The notes below the pieces were generated by a model, which was given only the letters and a program-made list of their open reading frames with translations, was not told the DNA's origin and ran no database searches. From Pelagerythrobacter marensis (lineage in GTDB: Bacteria > Pseudomonadota > Alphaproteobacteria > Sphingomonadales > Sphingomonadaceae), in assembly GCF_001028625.1 (NCBI RefSeq), contig NZ_CP011805.1, forward strand, positions 792,498-824,497: 32,000 bases of DNA, read 5' to 3'. The translations under genes were made by a program, and so were the position numbers. Below are positions 16,847 through 26,079 of the stretch, in pieces (within the stretch, counting starts at the first letter, position 1; every line of letters starts with the position of its first letter).

Positions 16847-17833
16847 CTACCCGGCGGCGAGCGTTTCAGCGAACCGCTGCGGATCGCAATTGCCGCCCGT
16901 CAGCACCACCACGGTGCCATCGTCGACCGGCACTTTGCCGGCCAGAACCGCTGCCAGCGCCGCCGCGCCGCCCGGTTCGACCACCAGGCGCAGGCGCGCG
17001 AAGGCAAAGCGTTGAGCGGCGCGCACTTCCTCGTCGCTCACTGCCACGCCCGGCTCGCTGCGTCCGTTCAACACCGAAAGGTTGATCGGCGCCGTCGCCG
17101 TAGGCTGCAGGGCATCGCAGATCGTTTTCGGGGCATCCTCCCCGGCGCGCACGATCCTACCCGCAACAAGGCTGCGCCCGACCATGTCCCACCCTTCGGG
17201 CTCGACCGGGTGAATCCGCGACTGCGGGCAGGCGAGCGCCAGCCCCGCGCTCAGGCCGCCGCCGCCGCAGGGCGCGACAATGCGTGACGGTGCGCGCCCG
17301 AGCTGTTCTGCAATCTCGATCCCCGCGCTGCCTTGCCCTTCGATCACCCACGGATCGGCAAAGGCATGGACCAGAACCGCGCCGCGCCGCTCCACCTCGC
17401 GCGCGGCAACGGCGTCGCGATCTTCACCCGGCCTTTCGTAGAGTACGATCTCCGCGCCCAGCGCGCGGGTGGCGTCCAGCTTCACCTGCGGCGCGTCGCG
17501 CGGCATCACGATCGTTGCGGCGATACCCAGCCGCCGCGCGGCCCAGGCCACGCCCTGGGCGTGGTTGCCGCTCGACACCGCGACGACACCGCGGGCCCGG
17601 TCGCTTTCATCCAGCGCGCTGAGGCGATGCCATGCGCCCCGGATCTTGAAGGCGCCGACCGGCTGCAGCATCTCCGCCTTGGCCCAGATGCGCGTGCCCG
17701 AAACCTCGACCGGCAGCAGAGGGGTCGGGGGAAGGATCGCGGCAACAGCCTCCGCCGCGCGCAGAACCCCTTCGCGAGTTGGCGCATGATCCGGGCTGCG
17801 ATTCGGGTCGGAGGCAGGGGGCTGGGCGTTCAC
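16847..17833 (-). CDS. PLP-dependent threonine/serine dehydratase-like protein (fold type II)
   Basis: KAEMLQPVGAFKIRGAWHRLSAL (PLP lysine), VVAVSSGNHAQGVAWAARRLGI, CGGGGLSAGLALA, VEPEGWDMVGRSL, VVLTGGNCDPQ. Confidence 0.88.
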   Translation of the reverse strand: MNAQPPASDPNRSPDHAPTREGVLRAAEAVAAILPPTPLLPVEVSGTRIWAKAEMLQPVGAFKIRGAWHRLSALDESDRARGVVAVSSGNHAQGVAWAARRLGIAATIVMPRDAPQVKLDATRALGAEIVLYERPGEDRDAVAAREVERRGAVLVHAFADPWVIEGQGSAGIEIAEQLGRAPSRIVAPCGGGGLSAGLALACPQSRIHPVEPEGWDMVGRSLVAGRIVRAGEDAPKTICDALQPTATAPINLSVLNGRSEPGVAVSDEEVRAAQRFAFARLRLVVEPGGAAALAAVLAGKVPVDDGTVVVLTGGNCDPQRFAETLAAG

Positions 17834-18113
17834 TGGACAGGTATCCTCGCACGAGACATGGACCGCATGTTACACAGTCCTGGAGAAGAAAAATCGGCCG
17901 CCGTGCAGGCCCGAAAATTCGCACCGAATTGAAGAGGGCTGCGATGGCGGGCATGGCGGCGGGGGCAGGGCATGGCCCCTGCAATGCCGAACGATGCGCG
18001 TGTAGGAAACCGTTTTTCGGATCGTATTGCGATGGCGGTGCATTTCCCTATGTGAGCGGGCATTATCCATGAGCCGGCGTGAAGGTTCATCAGAAACAAG
18101 GGTTGGAGCAGCT

Positions 18114-19325
18114 ATGTCGAAAGTGCTGGTAATCGGGGCAGGCGGGGTCAGTTCGGTCTGCGTTCACAAGATGGCGATGAATCCCGACATCTTCAGCCAG
18201 ATCCATCTCGCCAGCCGCACGAAGTCCAAGTGCGATGCGATCGCCGAATCGGTCCGGCAACGCACGGGCCAGGAAGTCGCGACTTACGAAATCGACGCGG
18301 AAGAGGTGCCCGCGATGGTCAACCTGATCCGCAAGCTCGGGCCGAGCCTGGTCGTCAATCTTGCCCTGCCGTATCAGGATCTGCCGATCATGGATGCCTG
18401 CCTGGAAGCGGGTGTCGATTATCTCGACACCGCGAATTACGAACCGAAGGACGAGGCGAAGTTCGAATACAAGTGGCAGTGGGCCTATCACGACCGGTTC
18501 AGGGAAGCCGGCATCCTGGCCCTGCTGGGGAGCGGTTTCGATCCCGGCGTGACCAGCGTGTTCACGATGTGGCTGAAGAAACACAAGCTGAAGACGATCC
18601 GCCAGCTCGACATTCTCGACTGCAACGGCGGCGATCACGGCCAGCATTTCGCCACCAACTTCAATCCCGAAATCAACATCCGCGAAGTGACCGCCCCGGC
18701 CCGCCACTGGGAAAACGGCAAGTGGGTCGAAAGCCCGGCAATGGGCGAGAAGGTGGAATTCCAGTTCGAGGGCGTCGGCTCCAAGAACATGTACATGATG
18801 TATCACGAGGAGCTGGAGAGCCTGGCGAAGTTCAATCCCGAGCTTGAACGCGCGCGGTTCTGGATGACCTTCGGCGACGAATATATCAAACACCTGACCG
18901 TGCTGCAGAACGTGGGCATGACGCGGATCGACCCGGTCAAGTATCAGGGGCGCGATATCATCCCGCTGCAGTTTCTCGCCGCCGTGCTGCCCCAGCCCGA
19001 AACCCTGGGCGAAACGACCAAGGGCAAGACCAACATCGGCGTGATCGCGACTGGCGAAGCGCTCGATGGTTCGGGCGAAAAGACGTTCTACATCAACAAT
19101 ATCTGCGACCACGAGGACGCTTACGAAGAAACCGGCAACCAGGCCGTCAGCTATACCACCGGCGTCCCCGCAATGGTCGGTTCCGCAATGGTGCTGCAGC
19201 GCAAGTGGGCCGGCGACGGCGTGTTCAACATGGAAGAATTCGACCCCGATCCCTTCCTGGAAATGCTGGGCGAACAGGGCCTGCCGTGGAACGTGAAGGA
19301 ACTCGACGGACCGGTGGACTTCTGA
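18114..19325 (+). CDS. Carboxynorspermidine/carboxyspermidine synthase (saccharopine dehydrogenase-like)
   Basis: MSKVLVIGAGGVSSVCVHKMAMNPDIFSQIHLASRTKSKCD (Rossmann), DTANYEPKDEAKFEYKWQWAYHDRFREAGILALLGSGFDPGVTSVF. Followed by nspC. Start chosen inside ORF 18027..19325. Confidence 0.92.
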   Translation: MSKVLVIGAGGVSSVCVHKMAMNPDIFSQIHLASRTKSKCDAIAESVRQRTGQEVATYEIDAEEVPAMVNLIRKLGPSLVVNLALPYQDLPIMDACLEAGVDYLDTANYEPKDEAKFEYKWQWAYHDRFREAGILALLGSGFDPGVTSVFTMWLKKHKLKTIRQLDILDCNGGDHGQHFATNFNPEINIREVTAPARHWENGKWVESPAMGEKVEFQFEGVGSKNMYMMYHEELESLAKFNPELERARFWMTFGDEYIKHLTVLQNVGMTRIDPVKYQGRDIIPLQFLAAVLPQPETLGETTKGKTNIGVIATGEALDGSGEKTFYINNICDHEDAYEETGNQAVSYTTGVPAMVGSAMVLQRKWAGDGVFNMEEFDPDPFLEMLGEQGLPWNVKELDGPVDF

Positions 19326-19444
19326 ACGCATTCGTTTCGCCTGGAGAGTTGACGGGGCGGCACCTACGCTTGGCAAACGCCACGTCTCAACGGTGGACGA
19401 AGCGTCCACTCTACGCACCAGCGCGAACCTGATAAGGCTTGAAC

Positions 19445-20623
19445 ATGGAAACCAGAGCCGGCGACCCGGGGGCATTTGCCCATTTTGATCTCAATCGTGT
19501 CGACAGCCCGGCGTTCGTGGTCGATACGGCCCGCCTGCGTGCGAACCTGCAGGTTCTGGCCGACATTCGCGACGCTGCGGACATCAAGGTGCTCGCGGCG
19601 CTCAAGGCGTTTTCGATGTGGTCGGTTGCCCCCATCGTGGGCGAGTATCTCGACGGGGTCTGTACGTCGGGCCTGTGGGAAGCGCGCCTCGCCAGCGAAT
19701 TCTATGACGGCGAAATCGCGACCTATTCGGCCGCTTACAAGCCGGACGAACTGGAAGAGATCTGCCGGCTTTCCGATCATGTGATCTTCAACACGCCAGG
19801 CCAGATGGAACGGGCGGCATTGATCCTCGACCATGCGAGGGCCGGGGGGCAGGGATTCGATGTCGGTCTGCGCATCAATCCGCAGGTCCCGACCGGGGAA
19901 GTGCCGCGTTATGACCCGTCCTCTCCCGGCTCGCGGCTCGGTTTTCCGATCGACCAGTTGACGCCGGAGATCATGGACCGGGTCGATGGCATTCATTTCC
20001 ACAACTTGTGCGAACAGGATTTCGAGCCCTTGCGCCAGACGTGGGACAAAGTGTTCGATGCCATCGAACCGTGGTTCGGCCAGCTCAAGTGGATCAACAT
20101 GGGCGGCGGGCACCACATCACCCGCGCCGATTACCAGCGCGACGAACTCATCGAATTCCTGCGCGATGCGCGCGAGGATACGGGGGCGGAAATCTTTCTG
20201 GAACCGGGTGAGGCGGTGGCGCTCGACGCCGGCATCCTGGTCGGAACGATCCTCGATTCGCACTGGAACGGAATGCCGCTGGCGACACTCGACGTTTCGG
20301 CGACGTGCCACATGCCCGACGTCATCGAGGCCCCCTATCGCCCCGCGCTGATGGGCGAGAATGCGGGGAGTGGAGGGGAGGCCATCCGCCTCGGCGGGCC
20401 GTCCTGTCTCGCCGGTGACGTTATCGGCGACTACCATTTGCCCGTACCGTGCGAGCCGGGCCAGCGAATCGCCTTTCTCGACCAGGCGCATTATTCGATG
20501 GTGAAGACGAACACTTTCAACGGGGTGCAGTTGCCGTCGATCTGGCTTTGGGACAGCGAGAGCGATGCGCTCGAACAGGTGAAGAGCTTCGGTTACGAGG
20601 ATTTTCGCGATCGGCTCAGCTAG
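19445..20623 (+). CDS. nspC: Carboxynorspermidine decarboxylase
   Basis: SPAFVVDTARLRANLQVLADI...KVLAALKAFSMWSVAPIVGEYLDGVCTSGLWEARLASE...GGGHHITRADY...EPGEAVALDAG...DVSATCHMPDVIEAPYRP. ATG at 19445, with an alternative TTG at 19439. Confidence 0.94.
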   Translation: METRAGDPGAFAHFDLNRVDSPAFVVDTARLRANLQVLADIRDAADIKVLAALKAFSMWSVAPIVGEYLDGVCTSGLWEARLASEFYDGEIATYSAAYKPDELEEICRLSDHVIFNTPGQMERAALILDHARAGGQGFDVGLRINPQVPTGEVPRYDPSSPGSRLGFPIDQLTPEIMDRVDGIHFHNLCEQDFEPLRQTWDKVFDAIEPWFGQLKWINMGGGHHITRADYQRDELIEFLRDAREDTGAEIFLEPGEAVALDAGILVGTILDSHWNGMPLATLDVSATCHMPDVIEAPYRPALMGENAGSGGEAIRLGGPSCLAGDVIGDYHLPVPCEPGQRIAFLDQAHYSMVKTNTFNGVQLPSIWLWDSESDALEQVKSFGYEDFRDRLS

Positions 20624-20677
20624 AGAACGGCGACCTGTCGCGATGGGATGATTGTTTGGGGAAACGGGGGGAATTCA

Positions 20678-21184
20678 ATGCGTAATCTGTTCAAGCTGGC
20701 CACTGCCGCCGCGTTCGCCGCTGGCGGCCTGTCCCTTGCAGCGCCGGCATCGGCGCAAACATATTCGGCCGGGCGGGTGATCGAGGCGGTGACCACCAGC
20801 GATCTCAAGGCGATCGTCACCTCGCTCGATCATGAGGTGGTGGCAGAAGGTGATTACGGAAACGTCAGCATATCGGCGCGGTCCGACACCGGCACCAACT
20901 ATCTCGTGATCGGCACGGCCTGCAATGTCGGTGATGTGGCCGGGTGCCAGGGCGTCATGCTGCAGGTCCGCTTCGACGCCGATCCCGATATCACCACGGA
21001 TGCGCTGATTCAGGCCAATCTGACGCAGGCGGCCGTCAACACCTGGCGCGACCCGAGCGGAACGATCGGCGTCACGCGCTACGTCGTGCTCGACCACGGG
21101 GTCACGATGGCGAACTTGCGCGAAAACGTGCTGGTTCTCCTCAGCCTGACGCCCAGCGTCGTGCAAACCCTGCTGGGCGAATAG
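20678..21184 (+). CDS. Secreted YbjN-domain-like protein of unknown function
   Basis: Signal peptide MRNLFKLATAAAFAAGGLSLAAPASAQ, then VIEAVTTSDLKAIVTSLDHEVVAEG...YLVIGTACNVGDVAGCQGVMLQVRF, resembling YbjN-type proteins. Confidence 0.65.
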   Translation: MRNLFKLATAAAFAAGGLSLAAPASAQTYSAGRVIEAVTTSDLKAIVTSLDHEVVAEGDYGNVSISARSDTGTNYLVIGTACNVGDVAGCQGVMLQVRFDADPDITTDALIQANLTQAAVNTWRDPSGTIGVTRYVVLDHGVTMANLRENVLVLLSLTPSVVQTLLGE

Positions 21185-21290
21185 AGAACGTCGGTCGCGC
21201 GGGGCGGGGCGCTCCAACCGTCCCGTCGCGCGCCCGCTTCGTCCGACCGGGACTTGCGCCTGAAAGGGCGAGTTTTCACTTGCGGTTCAC

Positions 21291-21385
21291 GCTGCGAGGC
21301 TTATAGGCGCACCCCGCTGCCCCAAGGGGACTTCCTGACCGTAAGGCAGCCTCGTTAGAACTTAACCGTTTGGGGGTCCCTTGAG
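21291..21385 (+). promoter_or_regulatory. Structured 5' leader upstream of ornithine decarboxylase (candidate alphaproteobacterial speF-type RNA element)
   Basis: CGAGGCT (21295-21301) pairs perfectly with AGCCTCG (21348-21354), enclosing GC-rich hairpins. GGGAC (21327-21331) can pair with GTCCC (21376-21380), and ACCCC (21311-21315) with GGGGT (21373-21377) at the probable SD. Confidence 0.4.
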
Positions 21386-22588
21386 TTGCACATTCATCCT
21401 GACGCCCGGTCTGTAGTTCGCGCAATTGCGCCGGACGAACCGGTTATCCTCAATCGCCCGCACGCAGCGGAGCGCGCCGCGCGTTTCTTCGTCGAGAAGT
21501 TTCCGGGCAAATCGCTCTATGCGGTGAAGGCCAATCCGTCGCCCGACCTGCTCCAGGTCCTGTGGGCAGGCGGGGTGACGCATTACGACGTCGCCTCGAT
21601 CGCCGAGGTGCGTCTGGTGCGTTCGGCGCTGCCGCAGGCGACCTTGTGCTTCATGCACCCGGTCAAGACGCCCCGCGCCATTCGGGAAGCCTATTTCGAA
21701 CACGGCGTGAAGACGTTCAGCCTCGACACGATGGAGGAGCTGGAGAAGATCGTCGCCGCCTGCACGAACGACGCGGGCGAGCCGGCGAAGGATCTGCGCC
21801 TTCTGGTGCGGCTGCGCGTCAGCTCGGATTATTCGGAACTCAGCCTGGCGTCGAAGTTCGGCGTCGATCTGGCCGATGCCGCGCCGCTGCTCCAGGCGAC
21901 CCGTCAGCATAGCGACTGGCTGGGCCTGTGCTTCCATGTCGGGAGCCAGGCGATGACGCCGTTTGCCTATGTCCAGGCGCTGGAGCGGGTTCGCGTGGCC
22001 GTGGCCGAGGCAAGCGTGGTGATCGACGTGGTCGACGTGGGCGGCGGGTTCCCGTCGCTCTATCCCGACATGGAGCCGCCGCCGCTGGAGGACTATTTCG
22101 AAGTCATCCACCGTCATTTCGAAAACCTACCGATCGCCTATAACGCCGATCTGTGGTGCGAGCCCGGCCGTGCGCTGTGCGCCGAGTATTCCTCGGTCCT
22201 CGTGCGGGTGGAGAAGCGCCGCGGGGATGAGCTTTACATCAACGATGGCGCCTATGGCGCGCTGTTCGATGCGGCGCATGTCGACTGGCGGTTTCCCGTC
22301 GCCGCGTTGGCGGAGGATCTGCGCGATCCGGTGCAGGATTTCGCGTTCTACGGGCCGACCTGCGACGATGCCGATTACATGAAGGGGCCGTTCGTGCTTC
22401 CCGGCGACATCCAGGCGGGCGACTATATCGAAATCGGCATGATCGGCGCCTATGGCGCGGCGATGAAGACCGGTTTCAACGGCTTCGGCAATGCCGAGCA
22501 GATCGTCGTGTCGGACGAGCCGATGGCCAGCCTCTATCGCGGCGACCGGGTTATTCCGACCACGGACAATGTGGTCAGCCTGCGCTGA
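21386..22588 (+). CDS. Ornithine decarboxylase-like, type III PLP fold (ornithine/lysine/DAP decarboxylase family)
   Basis: LYAVKANPSPDLLQVLWAGGVTHYDVASIAEVRLVR (PLP lysine), CFHVGSQAMTPFAYVQAL, DVGGGFPSLYP, CEPGRALCAEYSSVLVRV, YGPTCDDADYMKGPFVLP. TTG start. Confidence 0.92.
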   Translation: MHIHPDARSVVRAIAPDEPVILNRPHAAERAARFFVEKFPGKSLYAVKANPSPDLLQVLWAGGVTHYDVASIAEVRLVRSALPQATLCFMHPVKTPRAIREAYFEHGVKTFSLDTMEELEKIVAACTNDAGEPAKDLRLLVRLRVSSDYSELSLASKFGVDLADAAPLLQATRQHSDWLGLCFHVGSQAMTPFAYVQALERVRVAVAEASVVIDVVDVGGGFPSLYPDMEPPPLEDYFEVIHRHFENLPIAYNADLWCEPGRALCAEYSSVLVRVEKRRGDELYINDGAYGALFDAAHVDWRFPVAALAEDLRDPVQDFAFYGPTCDDADYMKGPFVLPGDIQAGDYIEIGMIGAYGAAMKTGFNGFGNAEQIVVSDEPMASLYRGDRVIPTTDNVVSLR

Positions 22589-22636
22589 TGCAACCGCGCG
22601 GCGGGGGCGTGCGTCGTCCCCGCCTCTCAAGCCCTC

Positions 22637-23326
22637 TCAGACCGCTTCGAAGGCGTATCCGGCCGAACGGACGGTGCGGATGGGGTCGGGCGCGTTCGGC
22701 AGCTCCAGCGCCTTGCGCAGCCGCCTGATGTGCACATCGACCGTGCGTAGCTCGATATCGCTGCCGGTGCCCCACACGCCGTCGAGCAACTGGTTGCGGC
22801 TGAAGACCCGCCCCGGGCTTTCCATGAAGAATTTCAGCAGCCGGTACTCGGTCGGGCCCATTTGCAGGTTCTGACCGCGCCGGAGGACCTTGTGTGCCAC
22901 CGGGTCGAGCTTGATATCGCCGACTTCGATCGTCTCGCCGGCAAGGGCAGGGCGGATACGGCGCAGGACGGCGGCGACGCGGGCCAGCAGTTCGCGCGGC
23001 GAAAACGGCTTGGTCACATAGTCGTCCGCCCCGGTTTCCAGCCCGCGGATGCGATCGTCCTCCGCCTCGCGCGCGGTCAGCATGATGATCGGGACGTGGG
23101 CAGTGGCCTTGTCGCGGCGCAGGCGGCGACAGACCTCGATCCCGCTGGTGCCTTCGATCATCCAGTCCAGGATGACGAGATCGGGCACTTCCTCCGCGGC
23201 GAGCACCAGTGCCTCGTCCCCGTCGGCGGTCGCGCGCACGCGATAGCCTTCGTTGGAGAAGCGATACTCGAGCAGTTCCGAGAGCGCGGGGTCGTCTTCG
23301 ACGAGGAGCAGGGTTGCGGTGGTCAT
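22637..23326 (-). CDS. phoB: Phosphate regulon response regulator PhoB
   Basis: LLLVEDDPALSELLEYRFSNEGY, PDLVILDWMIEGTSGIEVCRRLR, VTKPFSPRELLARV, winged helix C-terminus LGPTEYRLLKFFMESPGRVFSRNQLLDGVWG. Adjacent phoU/pst. Confidence 0.95.
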   Translation of the reverse strand: MTTATLLLVEDDPALSELLEYRFSNEGYRVRATADGDEALVLAAEEVPDLVILDWMIEGTSGIEVCRRLRRDKATAHVPIIMLTAREAEDDRIRGLETGADDYVTKPFSPRELLARVAAVLRRIRPALAGETIEVGDIKLDPVAHKVLRRGQNLQMGPTEYRLLKFFMESPGRVFSRNQLLDGVWGTGSDIELRTVDVHIRRLRKALELPNAPDPIRTVRSAGYAFEAV

Positions 23327-23372
23327 GACGAATTCAAGACACCGCCATTATTTCACTTTGACGACAAGGATG

Positions 23373-24044
23373 TCATAAATCGTCGTCCACCGGATAGGTT
23401 CCGGTGGCGGCGAAGTGCACCATTTCGGCCACGTTGGTCGCATGGTCGCCGATCCGTTCGATATTGCGGGCCACGAACAGCAGCTGCGCCGCGGTGGAAA
23501 TGGTCGAGGGGTTTTCGACCATGTGGCTGACAAGATTGCGGAAAATCGAATTGTAGAAGTTATCGACCTTGCGATCCGCCGCGATCACTTCGCGGGCGAG
23601 CGCGGCGTCGCGCGCGCCATATGCGGTCAGCACGTCGTGAACCATTTCTGCGGCAAGTTCGCCCATCGCTGGCAAGAGCGTCAGCGGTTCGAACCGCTTG
23701 CGGTCGGCAATCTCGCGGCTCGCCTTGGCAATGGCCTTGGAATAGTCACCGATTCGCTCGACCACGCCGGCAATCTTGAGTGCGGCAATCACTTCGCGCA
23801 GGTCGTCCGCCATCGGGGCGCGCAGGGCGATCACCCGAACGGCAAGCTTGTCGACTTCCGATTCGAGCGCGTCGATCTTCTTGTCACCTTCGATGATCTT
23901 CTTCGCCAGGGCATCGTCACCCTTCACGAGGGCATCCATGGCGTTCTGCACCGCGACTTCGGCCAGCCCGCCCATTTCGGCGATCAGCCCGCGCAGGCGG
24001 GTGATGTCCTCGTCGAACGCCTTGACTGTATGCTCGGTCATCAA
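23373..24044 (-). CDS. phoU: Phosphate signalling protein PhoU
   Basis: [39 protein letters not shown]...[16 protein letters not shown]...[22 protein letters not shown]. Confidence 0.95.
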   Translation of the reverse strand: MMTEHTVKAFDEDITRLRGLIAEMGGLAEVAVQNAMDALVKGDDALAKKIIEGDKKIDALESEVDKLAVRVIALRAPMADDLREVIAALKIAGVVERIGDYSKAIAKASREIADRKRFEPLTLLPAMGELAAEMVHDVLTAYGARDAALAREVIAADRKVDNFYNSIFRNLVSHMVENPSTISTAAQLLFVARNIERIGDHATNVAEMVHFAATGTYPVDDDL

Positions 24045-24832
24045 CCGTACCTGCCCGTAATATAGTCTTTCGTCCGCTCTTCGAGCGGATTGGTGAATAT
24101 GTCAGATGTACGGCCGTATTCCACCATGTTTCCGAGGTGGAAGAAGGCCGTGCGCTGCGACACGCGGGCCGCCTGTTGCATCGAGTGCGTGACGATGACG
24201 ATGGCGTAGCGGCCATTCAGTTCGTCGATCAGTTCCTCGATCTTGGCGGTCGCGATCGGATCGAGCGCGGAGCAGGGTTCGTCCATCAGGATGACTTCGG
24301 GATCGACCGCAATCGCGCGGGCAATGCACAGCCGCTGCTGCTGCCCGCCGGAAAGCGCCGTTCCGCTGTCTTCCAGCCTGTCCTTCACCTCGTTCCACAA
24401 CCCGGCCCGTTGAAGAGAAGTCTCGACGATGGCATCGAGTTCCTGCTTTCCTTCGGCCAGGCCGTGAATACGCGGGCCATAGGCGATGTTTTCGTAAATC
24501 GACTTGGGGAACGGGTTGGGTTTCTGGAACACCATCCCAACCCGCGCGCGCAGTTGCACGACATCCATCTTCGAACGGTAGATGTCATCGCCGTCGAGCA
24601 GGATCTCCCCTTCGACCCGGGCCGAGGGGATCGTATCGTTCATGCGGTTAAGCGTGCGCAGGAATGTGGATTTGCCGCAGCCCGATGGGCCGATGAAGGC
24701 CGTAACGTACTTGGTCGGAATATCGATCGAGACGTTGTCGATCGCCTGCTTGTCGCCATAGAACACGGAAACGTCCCGCGCGCTCATCTTGGCTTCGGTG
24801 TCTTCCAGATTGGGATGGACTACGGTCACCAC
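24041..24832 (-). CDS. pstB: Phosphate ABC transporter ATP-binding protein
   Basis: Walker [46 protein letters not shown], signature [17 protein letters not shown], Walker [14 protein letters not shown]. Confidence 0.97.
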   Translation of the reverse strand: MVTVVHPNLEDTEAKMSARDVSVFYGDKQAIDNVSIDIPTKYVTAFIGPSGCGKSTFLRTLNRMNDTIPSARVEGEILLDGDDIYRSKMDVVQLRARVGMVFQKPNPFPKSIYENIAYGPRIHGLAEGKQELDAIVETSLQRAGLWNEVKDRLEDSGTALSGGQQQRLCIARAIAVDPEVILMDEPCSALDPIATAKIEELIDELNGRYAIVIVTHSMQQAARVSQRTAFFHLGNMVEYGRTSDIFTNPLEERTKDYITGRYG

Positions 24833-26079
24833 TTTTTCTCAAATTTGTTGCGCAGGTAAATGGCCAGCCCGTTCATTACGAGCAGGAAGAGCAGGAGTAC
24901 GATAATCGCCGCAGATGTCCGTTCCACGAAACCCCGGTCGATTTCGTCCGACCATAGGAAAATCTGAACGGGAAGGACAGTCGCAGGCGAAGTAAACCCA
25001 TCGGGCGCACTGGCGACGAAGGCGCGCATCCCGATCATCAGCAGCGGCGCGGTTTCGCCGAGGGCGCGGGCCATGCCGATAATCGTGCCGGTCAGGATGC
25101 CGGGCAGGGCGAGCGGCAGGACATGATGGAACACGACCTGCACCGGGGATGCGCCGATGGCCAGCGCGCCGTCGCGGATCGACGGCGGCACGGCCTTGAT
25201 CGCATTGCGGCCGGAAATGACGATCACCGGCATCGTCATCAGCGCCAGCGTCATGCCGCCGATCAGCGGGGCCGAACGCATCGAGGGGAATATCCACAGA
25301 AACACGGCCAGGCCGAGAAGCCCGAAGATGATTGAGGGGACGGCAGCCAGATTGTTGATCGACACTTCGATCAGGTCGGTCCACCGATTCTTGGGCGCGT
25401 ATTCTTCGAGGTAGAGCGCCGCGAGAACGCCGATGGGGAAGGCGAGGACGAGGGTGACGATCATGGTCAGGATCGAGCCCTTGAGCGCGCCCCAGATGCC
25501 GACCTGCTGCGGATCTGTGGCATCCGCGCGGGTCAGGAAGCCGACATCGAACCCGGTGCCGAGCTGCCCTTCCGCCTGGAGCTGCTGCGCGAGCGTTTCC
25601 ATCTCCGGCGATCCGTCGCCGTTCAGCGCGGCCGCCAGATTGGCGCTGGCAGGAAGATCGAAGACCACGCTGCGATCCAGCAGGGCAGGATCGGCGACGA
25701 TCGCTGCCCCCACTTCGCGCCAGGCGCCATTGCCCAGTTCCGCCGCGCCTTCGGTGCCCAGTTCCCGCTCTGCGAAGAACTGCACGACCGATGGCAGGCC
25801 TGTTTCGAGATTCTGCAAGCCGCCCGGCTGCGACAGGACGGCGGGGTCCCCGGCAATTCCGGCTTCGGTGAAATCGATGGGTACGGTCAGCTCGGCCCGC
25901 TGGAAGCCGCCGATCCCATTGATGGTCATCGTGCCGAGCAGAAACGCGAGCACGATGATGGAAAACGCAATCGCGCCGATACCCGCCAGGCGGAAGCGTC
26001 GTTCCGCGGCGTAGCGCTTCTTCAGCCGCGCTTCGAAAGCTTCGGTCCGAGTGGGAAGACGCTCACTCATAAGCTTCAC
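24826..26079 (-). CDS. pstA: Phosphate ABC transporter permease
   Basis: [102 protein letters not shown]. Next to pstC/pstB. Confidence 0.95.
   Translation of the reverse strand: MKLMSERLPTRTEAFEARLKKRYAAERRFRLAGIGAIAFSIIVLAFLLGTMTINGIGGFQRAELTVPIDFTEAGIAGDPAVLSQPGGLQNLETGLPSVVQFFAERELGTEGAAELGNGAWREVGAAIVADPALLDRSVVFDLPASANLAAALNGDGSPEMETLAQQLQAEGQLGTGFDVGFLTRADATDPQQVGIWGALKGSILTMIVTLVLAFPIGVLAALYLEEYAPKNRWTDLIEVSINNLAAVPSIIFGLLGLAVFLWIFPSMRSAPLIGGMTLALMTMPVIVISGRNAIKAVPPSIRDGALAIGASPVQVVFHHVLPLALPGILTGTIIGMARALGETAPLLMIGMRAFVASAPDGFTSPATVLPVQIFLWSDEIDRGFVERTSAAIIVLLLFLLVMNGLAIYLRNKFEKKW

Noticed and set aside
23367-23385. ATGTCATAAATCGTCGTCC, a near-perfect Pho half-site close to phoB
   Set aside because: Only the first heptamer matches and the second is absent. 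It lies in the wrong orientation for phoB and overlaps the phoU C-terminal codons, so chance is the simpler explanation.
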